Below, piece after piece: positions 29,767 to 42,932 of a stretch of 64,000 nt of DNA (position 1 is the stretch's first letter; the number at the start of each line of letters is the position of its first letter). Origin of the DNA: Chrysomallon squamiferum (taxonomy: Eukaryota; Animalia; Mollusca); assembly GCA_012295275.1 (NCBI GenBank), contig CM022665.1:21142001-21206000 (forward strand), given 5' to 3'. The notes below the pieces were generated by a model. It was given only the letters and a program-made list of their open reading frames with translations. It was not told the DNA's origin and searched no databases. The position numbers and the translations under genes are program-made.

Positions 29767-29797
<31 letters not shown>

Positions 29798-30543
29798 TTA
29801 TTATTAAAACATTTTCGCAGAAAAATAAAATAAAATAATAATAATAATAATCACATTACTTTTGTGATTTGTATATGATTACATTTCAGATTTAGTAATT
29901 ATAATATGCTGAGTACATAATAAATCTTAAGAGTTTATATTACCTACATTCACTGTAAAAATAGAATTAAATCTGTTATTAACTACATAAAAAGACTGTA
30001 TATGCAGATAGATATATCTACCTGACTTGTTTTAAATATAGGACAACTGACAAATGAAGTATCTGCATTATTACACTATTATCTAATCAACAAGCCATAA
30101 TCATAAACACACACAGACACGCACACCCAGTGGTATGTACTTTTTTTTAACTTTGGTCCTAAGGGCGAGAGCCGAATACCGCTAAAGAAACAGATAAAAA
30201 GTGTCATTAAAATGAAATATTTTGATTTCTGACCCGTCACCGTGACACTTTTGCGACAACAGAACAGCGGGGCACGATTTTGTGTGAATTCGGCCTCGCT
30301 TTGAAGTGACATCCGGCTCATGCATTCCCGACTCTAAACTGGAACAGCATTAGAAACGAAAACCAATTTATTGCTTATTGCGGGACTGTGAATGCGGATA
30401 CCATATCGAAACAAACAAGATGGCCGGTCCGGACTCCCGCATGCGTTAGTAGATATTAATAGTTCGTTGTCAATGACGGTGCTGCGAAAGAAGCTAATGT
30501 TCTGACATGGGTGTCCATTAGAGTTGCGGGCCATTAGTTACGG

Positions 30544-30557
30544 TCGCCGTCTGGTGG
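30544..30557 (-). promoter_or_regulatory. CTCF-like binding motif
   Basis: Minus strand CCACCAGACGGCGA, two deviations from the core, in a CpG-rich island. Confidence 0.4.
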
Positions 30558-31039
30558 CGCTGCGTCCACCATATTAATGTGAAAATTAATGGGACTTGAC
30601 GTAAGAACATTGACCACATGATGAAGTTGTAGAGAGAATAATAAACGGCGGTTTTAGAGCTGTCAGCAGGAAAGTCGTTAAACGAAATCATTGGTTTGTT
30701 GTCGTCAGACGATGTGGTCATTAAAACGAATCATTGGTTTTGTGTCGTCGTTGCTAAAACTAAGTCTGGACCATGCTTGAATTTTAAAATACCTGTCAGT
30801 TGACTTCAGGCACAAGGCCACAACATATTTTTATATAGTTTATATGAATCCGAATAAAACTGAAGTGTTTTTTTATTCATAAATTAGACATTAGCTAAAC
30901 ACTACAGTTTATCAGCTCATAACTTTTAGGATATTTCAAATTTCAGCTGGTATACAAGGTTTTTTTTTTTTTTTTTTTTAATAACGTTAAATATCTACAT
31001 AAATTAAACAAACACATAAATAATGACACTTATATTTTA

Positions 31040-31600
31040 CAAAGACTAACATATTTGAAACAGATCAATATACTGTCGAGAGAAAACATTTACAATATTC
31101 AACACCTATGAAAGAAAGAAAAAATTAATATTGATATGTCTTTTGAAAAAGTTATTTTTCATGTTGCACACATACTGACAGAAAATGTTTACAATATTTT
31201 AAAAATCAAATAATAAGTACATGTATTTGAAATAAATCGATATATGTGAGACAGGTGAGAAAGAAGGGGAAAGAAATAAACATATTGTTCAGACGACAAC
31301 AGAAAATATTTACAATATTTTAAAAGAAAAAGAAATACATGGGTTTGACATAGATCAATATGTGTTAGAGGTGAGAAAGTAAGGAGAGAAAAAAGGAAAT
31401 ATTGTTATGTCTTTGAAAAATTCATTTTTCATACTGCACGACGACAGAAAATATTTACAATATTTAAAAAGTTAAATAATTAACGTCTTTAAAACCATGA
31501 TAGACAAGGAAGAAAGAAGAAATATTGCTGATGTCTTTTAAAGATAAAAAAAAAAATCATTTTTCATATTGCATGCATAATGACGATAACAGAAAACAGG
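31040..31600. repeat. Old, diverged ~100-145-bp tandem duplications
   Basis: agaaaa(t/c)(a/g)tttacaatatt recurs near 31081, 31180, 31301 and 31446; atttttcat(g/a)(t/c)tgca recurs three times. Confidence 0.65.
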
Positions 31601-31938
31601 TGTAAAAAAAATATGTATATACCGAATAGGACTAAAGTGTTTCTGTGTCTGTCAGTTTTAGCTGTTAGTTTGAGACATCACGAAACGTCTTCACAAAAAG
31701 AAATAATAATTTTGCCTACAGACAAACATTTCTTTTCTTCTTCTTCTTCTGCTTGCTTGACCAAATTGAATTATAAATGATCTTTTAAAGAGAAAATCAA
31801 CAGTGCAGTCGTGTTTAATTGAAAAAAAAAAATCATTATATGAAGATATTCATCGAAAAGACTGTCATTCTTGTTGTTCCAGTCACTTCGTTTTTCTTCT
31901 ACTTATATTCTTGTTCTCTTTTGATATTTTCGTTTTGT

Positions 31939-31940
<2 letters not shown>

Positions 31941-32028
<88 letters not shown>
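31941..32028. repeat. (CT)n microsatellite
   Basis: Directly visible. Confidence 0.95.
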
Positions 32029-32031
<3 letters not shown>

Positions 32032-32924
32032 GTTGCTATTGTTAACGGACTTTTTTGTTGAAGTTCTATTTTTATTTCTTCTTTTTTATTCTTTGCTATT
32101 GTCTAAAATGAATTAATTAATAAATGAATGTATATCCGAACTAACGGTTATTACGTTTTTTATAACGATGATAGCTGAATCCTGCAATACTGAGTTATAT
32201 TAGCATGCATTCTTCTGTACCTCCGTCAAGATTATTTACAAGCGTCACAATTTCACAGGTTTTGGTATCCCAGCGATAGAGCATGGGTTAGAATGCGAAA
32301 ACGATCAACAGAACTATCTCATTATATGGTAGGCGATCTCTCTCATATAAACTACTGCAAATTCTTTTTCATATATAATATTTTAATTTTATTTAATTTT
32401 ATTTTTTTTGTCAAACTGGCTAAGGCTACACCGCCATTTTCCAACCTCTTTCTCTTCTCGGCGCGTTCCACAAGCAGACGACTTTTGCATCCGTTATAAC
32501 CCGCGAAACGTGAACAAACATTAGCCAGGAGGTGAAGGTCACTGCAAGAATTCTACGAATGACGTTTTATTTTTAACGCTTGTCGCTGTGTAAACTTTTG
32601 TCTTTAATCAATATACGTGACACACATTATGAAGTATTACCAGTCTCTCCGCTGTACTGGTTAAGTCACCAGCAGTAAGACACATAGGAACCTAGATCGC
32701 TTCCAGGCACCATAATAACTGGGAAAATTCAAGACTATCATACTCTTTCTCTCTTGCAAATACTGAATATTAATATTATTTTGTTGTTGTTGTTGTTGTT
32801 GTAGTTCTTTGTTTGTTTGTTTTTGTTTTGTTTTTTTCTATTACACAAATGAGGTTAAATAAAAAAATAAAATAAAATAAAATAAAAAAAATTCTGCCGA
32901 TAGTATCTAGTGCAAATTTCTTAT

Positions 32925-32992
32925 TTGATTTCAATTGTTAGAACATTGTATTCTTAAGCAGGGGTTGCTGGTTCAAATCATCTCGATGGAGG
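32925..32992 (+). pseudogene. Degenerate tRNA-Lys(CTT)-like sequence (tRNA pseudogene or SINE head)
   Basis: tcaattgttagaacat (D-arm/A-box-like), ttCTTaa anticodon-loop-like and ggttcaaatc (B box) occur in tRNA order and spacing. The stems no longer pair, so it is not a functional tRNA. Confidence 0.4.
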
Positions 32993-35444
32993 ATGAGTAG
33001 ATAAACCTGGTCGTGTCTTAACTTTCTTACAAAACAAACGAAGACATTATGATCCAGTACTCGGGGATTTAGTTTGAACTGGACATTCTATGTGCAGAAA
33101 TGTAATGTGAAATTATGGTGTAATATGCTGCTACTGATAGAAACTGGATTCCTGATTTTATTCCAAACTTCTTAATAAACTGTTTAATTTATGCCAACAC
33201 AACTCTGGATTATTTAACTTTTGCGCTGTTTACAAAACACTTTAATTGCAGCCATTTGGAAATATTGGTGGGAAAGATACGAATGTTATTTATTGAGGTA
33301 TTTTGGTATTTATATACTGGTCTGTTTGTTTGCTTGTTTGTTTGTTCATTATTTCATTTTATTTTATTTATTTATTATTGATTAAAATGACGATTTATTT
33401 TCAGTTCATTGGCATAACTTGGGTTTTCACTTCATGAAAATTAATTTAATATTAAAACTAAGAATTTATACTAAAAATAAAAATGTATACTGTAGCTTTC
33501 TATTTCAAATCTTCATGTCATCAATCATTAAATATTTTTAATTTGTATCATTTCAAGGAAGGTAAACAGACAAAAAAGATACATTATCAATGAACTCAAG
33601 TATAATTTATATTACACTGTACAGTCTGCCTGCCCAGTAGTCGTGTTTAAATTACAAGAGTGGTTAATCTAGGCGACACAGCGGTCTTCAGTGTACGATT
33701 ATGTTAAATGATCTTTATCAAGTTCAGTAGTTCAAACACTGACAGATCTAAGCTGTCCGTAATGAGGGGTTTACTGGTCCGCGTCTCAAACTCGGTTAAC
33801 GCGATGAATGGTAGATGACGGTTGATCGCGGACTTCTGATCCTCGTTCAATCGACTGTGTATTCTTTTAATTCCGTTTCTGAACGGCTTCGGTGTAAATA
33901 AACTTCAGTTCTGTTCTGGAATTACGAGAATGGCGTAACGCTTCATTGTTCAATGATAGTAGGGTATTTGCCTGGAAACCGGACTGGGGACGGAGGCCGG
34001 ACTAGAGATTAGCATGCAAGACGGAACGTCTAGCCGGGAGTTGGTATCAGAATGTTTAGGTTGATCATATCACAATCCACACGATAATTTACTACTCGCG
34101 AACAATTCACTTTAGATTAAGATAAGTCTTATCACTGGTAAGGGAATATTAATGAGAAAACGAAACATGCCAAGTAATATAATTATTGTTAAAATGGTTA
34201 ATGGAAAAAAACAAACAAAAAAACAATTTCTGTTTGGATAATCATTAATTTTACTAGTGGTTATGTTGAGTATGTACAGCGAAGGTGCATTCATGCTTTC
34301 CTGGTTTCAAAATCCTTGGTTCCAAGATACATGCTTAGTTCGTTGGGCTGTGTTTCTAAGTATATATGTGTGTTAGAATGTTTAATGTTAATGTGAATGT
34401 TTAATGTAATTAAATAGTATATGCATATTTATAACTTTACCTGCTGCTAGAGAGAGAGAGAGAGAGAGAGAGAAGTTAACAATATAACATTTGTCCCTTG
34501 GATGTTTGCCACGTGCTATAAATCACTCTGTTACTGGAAAAACACTCCAGCTGATATTTACTGATGTATTTAATTGTTTACAATGTGAACAACAGAGTGA
34601 TTGGAATTTACAACAATAAACAGAAAAATGTTGATATGTTTCAGTAAGACAAATGACATGAACAGACCTGGAGAGTTCACGACTGCCAAACCCGACATCC
34701 AATCTCCTCCTCCACACCTCACTGCAATTAATTATCAGCATCCACCCCGTACTGATTTCAGTACTGACCCCGCTCTGATATCCACACCCACTTCATATCC
34801 GTACCAGCCCCGTGTTTATATCTGTAAACTGTAAAACTGTACCCACCCTGGATTGATAACAGACCCGACCCCATGCTGATGTCGCCATCAGTAAAGCATC
34901 CGTGTCGCTTGCAACACTGAAAAGCTGACAGTTAATCAACGGCTATCTTTCACAGTCTGTCCACTCTACCCTTGACCATAATATCACTGGTCACTCCTAT
35001 AGGTATTTGTGTAAGATAAACTGCTTGCCAGGTGTTTTGTTCAGAACAATGATAGCGTTTAGTTCATTCAATTACTGACTCCGTTTGTTCCAGATTTTAT
35101 GAGGGACAAAGTCCTTTGTATGGGATTCTCTATCCAGACAAAATATTTGTCTCAGACCATTCAAGGTAATATAATTAATTTCAGTACAACAGACAGGTGA
35201 TAATTAAGTTGTAAGTTATTTTAGTTTCAATATCAAGTCAGATTACTAAATGGACTGTATATAATGTGATTTAGAAAAAGAAGATTTTCACTTTATCCGT
35301 CTGTTTGTCGATCCAAATACACGTGTTGAAAAGGTTAATTAACAGATGGTTTTTTTTAATAAATTATTTTTTTATTAGTGTTTCCCAGTAGTATCTGCTG
35401 AGATATATTTTATGTTCAGTTAATGATATGCGAAAAGGTAACTG

Positions 35445-35660
35445 GCATAGGTATAATTTGAATACGTTGTTGTAAAGGTATGATTTTAATTACTTATTTC
35501 AAAAATACCTGCACAGGAATATTTTTAATCAATTGTTGTTAATACTGGACCGGTATGATTTTAATTATTTATTTTAATAATACCTGTATGTTAATTATAT
35601 TGGACAGGTATGATTTTTAATTAGTCATTCTAATAATACACATACAGGTATGGGTTTTTT
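35445..35660. repeat. Degenerate ~40-bp tandem repeat with ggtatgattttaatt core
   Basis: The core recurs near 35477, 35552 and 35607, with weaker copies flanking. Confidence 0.55.
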
Positions 35661-36751
35661 TATTTTTATTTATTAGACTTTATCAGTCTATGGTTTTATT
35701 CAGGAATTATTATTTTAAATAACGTGTTACTCTTCAATAAATATGGCGGAATTTTAAACATAATCGTGTCACGCCTCATCAGACACAGAGAAACTGCGTG
35801 TTAAAGTTAGACTGGTTTACTTTAATAGTATTTACATTGTGTGTGTTTGTCTTCAACTGTAATAATTGTTGCCATGGTGACAGGATGATTACATAAACTG
35901 TCTTGTTAATCCTGGTTTACTGGAACTGAATTGAAAATATTAATATAATTCTATATTAAATAAAATATACATGCCCTTTCATATTTTATCTACTTATATA
36001 TCAGCAATCCAACACTGAAACAGATATTCATGCATGCAAATTTTGTCTTTCCATAATTAATACAATATAATATAATATAATACTATGTATTGTAATGTAA
36101 CATAAGACATTGTAATAGAGTAGTTTGGTAACTGTAAATATAATAAAAGCATAACAATAACATTTGACTTTGAATTAATTTTATTTCCGAATCCCTGACT
36201 CATTATTAAATTAATTACCTAATTGCTCTTCACTCTGCGATCTTTTACACGCAATTACACAAACTGTCAAACTGTTTGCAGGCCGCACGCTTTGCACGGG
36301 TCTCGCTATCGCCATTATCATAATAATCACGTGACCTTACAGCGAGGTCTCTAGAGACCATGGAAGAGGGTGAACTAATGATAAGAGATTTTCAGAACGC
36401 ATGTGTTCGTGACACGAACATATATCTGGCTGTTTGACATCGCTTTGTCATCCGTTCCGCAGTCTGTAATTATTCCCGCGTTTTAAGTTTAAATTACCGT
36501 CACGTCACAGAAAGGGTTAAGTCAAAACACCGGTTTACCACCTGTTGTTAGTTGTTACGTGACAACTTTTATATTCAAACTGTTTTATTAAATGGAAATT
36601 AAATTTTATATTATGTTATATTCTACTGTATTATATTATATTATATTATATTACTTTTTATACTGTATCATTGTATGGTATTGTTGTATTTGAAATATGA
36701 AATCTAGTTCATAAATCTGTCTATATATCAGTCAGTCTCACTATATTTCTG

Positions 36752-36796
<45 letters not shown>

Positions 36797-36999
36797 GTCT
36801 CTATATCCATCTATCTGTCTCATTCACAAAACACATCAGGAAAACAGATAATTAAAAAAGAAATATACAGTCAGTATAATTTAAATCTATTAATTAGTCA
36901 TTAAAAATTAATCCCAGATATCTTTTACATGACAAGGATTTTTTTTGTTGTTTTTTTAAAACCATCGAGAGTGAACTTTAAGGGGTAAAAAAAAAAAAA

Positions 37000-37038
<39 letters not shown>

Positions 37039-37109
37039 AATAAATTTAAAAAAATCAAGTTGTAAAAATATCAAGTTACTGACTAAAATTAAATATGAGT
37101 TACATTTTA

Positions 37110-37145
<36 letters not shown>

Positions 37146-37989
37146 AAAACCATTTTTTGGTTATGTTACCTCTAAGGGTTTGGATGGAAGACGAACACTG
37201 CAAAAACTGAAATTAACATTTTTTTTTTTTTTTTTTTTTTGATTTATAGAGAACAGTTTAAACAATAGATGCCCATTGGTGTTACTAATCTGTTCAGACA
37301 TAAAACATTTTTGGGTTGTTTTTTCTTTCTTTCTTTCTTTCTTTATTTTTTTATTATTTTTTTTTTCTTGTTCTGACATCTAAATAAACTTCAGCATTCT
37401 AAAATATGTTAATGTAAATGAATACAGCGAAGGGTTACATAAATGTTTTCAGGTTATTTTTTTTTAAAATATTTTTTAAAAGGGTGATGTTACGAGTTGT
37501 GAGTAATTTTACAAATTATTTCATCTATATTGTTTATTCTGTCAAACGGTTTGTTTCAAATAGTGTAGAGAAAAAAAAAAAAAAAGGGGAAAACCCCCCC
37601 AAAACAACCAATAAAAACCCCACTTTATTTATTTATTTATTTGTTATTTATTTGTTTGTTTGTGTCTGTTTTTATTTATTATTTATTTATTTGTGTTTGT
37701 TTTTATTTATTTATTATTTTTATATTTAATTACTATTTTTTAGGAAGTAAAGTCTGAGAATGTTAATCAAAGTAGTTAAGTATGTCATTCACAAATTGTT
37801 TTCCTGTGTCGAGTGGCGAAGATAAGATCAGTGAGAAATTGGAAAATGATGAAGTAAATAAACAATAGTTTGTGATTTTCAAACACGTCGATAACGCTGG
37901 CTTAGGGCGAATTAACCTTGGCTTAACCATTAATCGCTTCACCGATTGATTCGTAGGAACCGACTGTGTACAGCAAAATAATAACAAAA

Positions 37990-38026
<37 letters not shown>

Positions 38027-38948
38027 TTTAAATAAAGACACTATCTATCATGGATTAGCAAACAGTGACAACATTTAAACAGCCCGTACATACAGCCAGT
38101 AATACAATATTCTCAGATAATTAGTTCAGACACTTCGATAATGGTACGTTCCGGGATTTTAACTTGTCCTTCCTGCCGAATCTCATCCATATTGCCAGGT
38201 ACTATCAATCGATAAAACGAAAACCTGTCTCAAAAGCGGGCTTCGCGTCTGCTTCGTGCACGTCAGAATAATCGATTCGAGAAAACTGGAAATATGTCAC
38301 GTGTGACCGTTATTATTTTTATGGCATATTGCTCATTGGATGGATGTAAATGGGCGGGGCTTTATAATTAGATCGTATGCTTTCACGTGGACTTTTCTCC
38401 ATAGCTGATTCTGCGCAGTGAACGATACCAGCTTTGCACAGACCGAGGCGTTAGTAAGTATTTCCAATAATTTGTCACGTTATTAAAAATACGTATTTCA
38501 TTTTTAAAATGTTCTTTATATAATGAACAAAAGATAAATTTAACCAACTACTATTTTAATAAAATACGAGTTGTCTTTCAGTTAAATATAATTACCTCTT
38601 TATCAACTGAAGGTCGCATTTTTTAATTAATTCAGAATATTGTAATACAAAATTTTCGAGGCAGGTAAATAACTATTATACAAAATGTCTATAGTATACA
38701 AATAACCCCGTTTATTAGCTTGCATATGCTAATAAATTTTCAATTTTAATAAAGAAATGTCTCTCGATGTATAACAACATTTATAACGATTTATTAAGAT
38801 AATGAGGTAAGCCAGCAGAAACATAAAGATTAAACCATTAATAGGACAGTCTTACATGAAATTTTATTTATTAGTTTGTTTTTGAAGTAATGTATATTTT
38901 ATCTGTCTGTCCTAATACATTTTATTATTTCATTAAAAATGTAACTAT

Positions 38949-38991
<43 letters not shown>

Positions 38992-39082
38992 CAGACAGAG
39001 TGATTTACAATAATTAAATTAATTAATTTATCATTCATTCATTCATTCATGCACGTACTTACTATTAAAATAAGTATGTTCG

Positions 39083-39140
<58 letters not shown>

Positions 39141-40063
39141 CAATTTCATTAGTATTCTGAAACGAAAATTAATTATTTCTTTGTTGCTGTTACTATTATT
39201 ATTATTATTAATCTTCAAAGGTATATTGTTGCATGTCTGCGAAATATCTGTTGCATATCAAAATAAAATAAAATGAAATATAATAATAATAATAATAACA
39301 ACAACAAAAACAAAAACAAACACACAGACAAAGAAACAGACAATAAATTACTTTTTTTTTTAAATGACACACAGAAAATAAATTCTGTTATTTTAAAGTA
39401 ATCATAAAACAGAAAGCTTGATATTATAAACTTTTTTTATATTTTATTTTAAGTTTCAGGTTGCTGTATAATATAAAAAATATTCCCTTGCCTTTGATAA
39501 ATAAACGTGATACTTGTTCGTTATGTATTAGGTACCTCGCGTCAAAATATTCATGATATTAATACACTGTAACATAATATTCATTGCGTTGCACGGTCCT
39601 GGCTTTAGGTCTTCCCAAATAAAGAGGTTCATCCGAACAAATCTTGTTAACTGTATGTTTCTTTTTAGCAACCATTTGCCATTTTAGTTATAAAATGATG
39701 CTCACGTAAAAAAAAAAAATTAAGAAGAAGAAAAATAAAATTAATGATGGTACGATAAAAGAAGAATGTTTTTAAAATATTATTAACGAAACGAATAAAG
39801 AAGGAATATAAAACTGCCCGTGTTAATAAAAGACAAAAGACAGAATGTTAGGAAAGAGGGGTTGTTTAAAACATCCATGCATAGTTGAGAATATAAATGT
39901 AAGTAAAAATAAAAATAACTTTTTCATTTAAATTTTATATATATATGTATATATATAAAGTATCTGATCAAGATAAGTTCACCATGTTTAAAATTTAAAT
40001 GAAAAAGTTTTTTTTTTTATTTACATTTATATTCTTAGATATAAAGTGTCTCATCAGTATAAT

Positions 40064-40105
<42 letters not shown>

Positions 40106-40199
40106 AGAAAATACCGAATAACTTTTGTTTATATATTCACATTTTTTTCCTGTTAGAATTCAAAAGAGATATAGTTATAAAAGAAGATAAAAAATATAA

Positions 40200-40202
40200 T
40201 AA

Positions 40203-40268
<66 letters not shown>
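40200..40268. repeat. (AAAT)n microsatellite
   Basis: Directly visible. Confidence 0.95.
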
Positions 40269-40269
<1 letters not shown>

Positions 40270-40848
40270 CAATTAAAAACAAGACGATTAAGATATATTT
40301 ATTAATAAATAAATATAATGAAATAATAAACTAAATCAAACTGAACCAACTAAAATAATAGTAATAAAAAATAATAAATAAATAAATAAATAAATAAAAG
40401 AGCTAATATAAACAAAAACAAATTAAGAACAAAATAAGGTGACAAGCTGAAATACAAATTAATTTCACAATAAACACTTTTAATAAATAATTTAAAAATC
40501 AGATAGAAACAAATATGTAGGTGTGAATTAAAATTAATTTATTTATCAAAATAAAATCATAAAACAAAACAGGCAGTCATAACTATAAAGTCAAGAAAAG
40601 AAAGCTTAAATAAAAAGTTAAATAAGATGAATCCTTTCAGTCAGAATTATTAATATGTAGCCTATATTATTATTGTTGTTATTATTACTATTATTATTTA
40701 TTTAATTATTTATTTATTTAATTTTCCTCGGTTTTTCAGATCAAAGATTGAGTTATGAAATGTAAAAATTAAAAAGTAATTAAAACTAACTAACAAACTA
40801 ACTAACTAACTTAATAAATAAATAAATAATATATATTCCAAAAACAAC

Positions 40849-40905
<57 letters not shown>

Positions 40906-41141
40906 ATATATACAGTACGCTACAACCAAAAAACAAATTCATCTCAAATTATAAACAAATGTAAATTGACACCTTGTAATTAAAGCACTGCATTTGAAAG
41001 ATATACGCGTTTATCTAAATATAACGTTTACTTTAGTTTCAAACTAGCAGAATTAGTGCACGTTTATCTCAACAGAAAATAAATTAACTTTTTACATTTA
41101 CATTTACATCATTTCTATTTTGTTCGTTTGTAAATAATCAG

Positions 41142-41262
41142 TTAATTTAAGTTGTTATTTAAACAGACAATTAATTTAAGTTGTTATTTAAACAGACAAT
41201 TAATTTAAGTTGTTATTTAAACAGACAATTAATTTAAGTGTTTATTTAAACAAACAATTAAT
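41142..41262. repeat. 29-bp tandem repeat (ttaatttaagttgttatttaaacagacaa) x ~4
   Basis: Units start at 41142, 41171, 41200 and 41229; the last is slightly diverged. Confidence 0.9.
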
Positions 41263-41706
41263 TAAATATTTGTTTAAGTAGATATTTATCAAAATTTGTC
41301 GTTGGTTATTTTTACTTTCGTTTACTAATAAAAATCTCATTGTATCGTACTTTATATTTTTATTACTTAGCGTAGTTAATTCTCAGAAAAGTCAGTTAAG
41401 TTCAATATGCTTCCTCTATTTTTCTATTTACTTTAAAATTAATATCATCCGCGCTATATACCTGTTAATATCTGCTGCTCTGTTGATATAAAATCTTTTG
41501 CGTTTTTTTATTTTTACCTTTGTTTTATATCTGTGTTTATAAATATCATTAAACACATCTACTTATGATGAAAATAACCTTTTTGTAGACACATATTTAC
41601 AGATAGATGCATTGACAGATACATGCATACATACGGATATGAATATTCATATATAGATAGATAGACAGACAGAGAGACAGATAGAAAGAGACAGATAGAC
41701 ATACCT

Positions 41707-41742
41707 ACATACATACATATATACATACATACATACATACAT

Positions 41743-41779
<37 letters not shown>

Positions 41780-41833
41780 TACATACACATACATACATAC
41801 ACACACACACACACATACATACATACATACATG
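41707..41833. repeat. Compound (CATA)n/(CA)n microsatellite
   Basis: Directly visible. Confidence 0.9.
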
Positions 41834-42457
41834 CATATATACATGAAAACTTACGTACGTATGCAAATTAAGTTCATACGCTCATATATATATATATATA
41901 TATATATGTGACATAGCACGTCACAACTTATAACCATGACGATCTATGAATCATCTTAAATAGATACTTTTGAGTCAGTTTACGCTAATACATGTATTTT
42001 CTTTCATAACACTTTAAAAATAATAATAATAATAATAATTTACACATTAAAAAGACTGAAACTGCCCGTATATGCATCTTCCCGCTGTTTTCATCGTGAA
42101 GTTAAAATCGACGTAAAATGAGGTATTATAATTTTCACTGCGGGTTTTCACGACGGTTTCAGATTTCCTCACAATTGAATAGCTTGTTCCACTTAAATGA
42201 AACCAGAGTCAAACACACGAAAAACATCACATGAAGTTTATGGTAAAGATTCAATTGTCCGTTTATAAAAATTAACAAAAAGACACCCTCTTGAATATTT
42301 TCTGATCCGCCCCTAATTTGTCACAGCGTGATTGTCAAATATACAAGTCAGATATGTACCCGTTCATACAAGTAATAATATTACATGAATATATGCGTAA
42401 ATATGTAAATATGTTTAGAAAAAAAATCTGGTTTATACAAACTATTTAGGAAGATAA

Positions 42458-42520
<63 letters not shown>

Positions 42521-42851
42521 ATTAAAATAAAATAAATAAATTATAGAGTGAAGCACAGACAAAATTTAATAAACTTATTTTGGAAATGTTCAAACATGTA
42601 TATTTTATGTTATAAACGGAACATTTTTCAAACCTTCACGTTTCTGTTTACGGGTTTTTCTGTCTAGATGTTAGATTTAATATAAAGTTTAGAATATTCT
42701 AAAGATTCAGCCACGCTTGCTAGACGAAGTTATCTGAAACAGCAGTGAATAAGTTATTTCTGTATAGTCTTTTTTAATATTCCTTTCTACTTTGCTTTAT
42801 AATATGCAATCCCTTAAGATACATACAAACACACACAGATATATATTATGG

Positions 42852-42932
<81 letters not shown>

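Noticed and set aside
32925-32992. Functional tRNA gene
   Set aside because: The acceptor, anticodon and T stems do not pair; kept only as a degenerate tRNA-like relic.
34601-34890. Pro-rich ORF as a coding exon
   Set aside because: It starts at TTG, the acceptor is weak, and the C-richness is explained by a degenerate ~23-bp repeat (cccc...ctgatatc-like).
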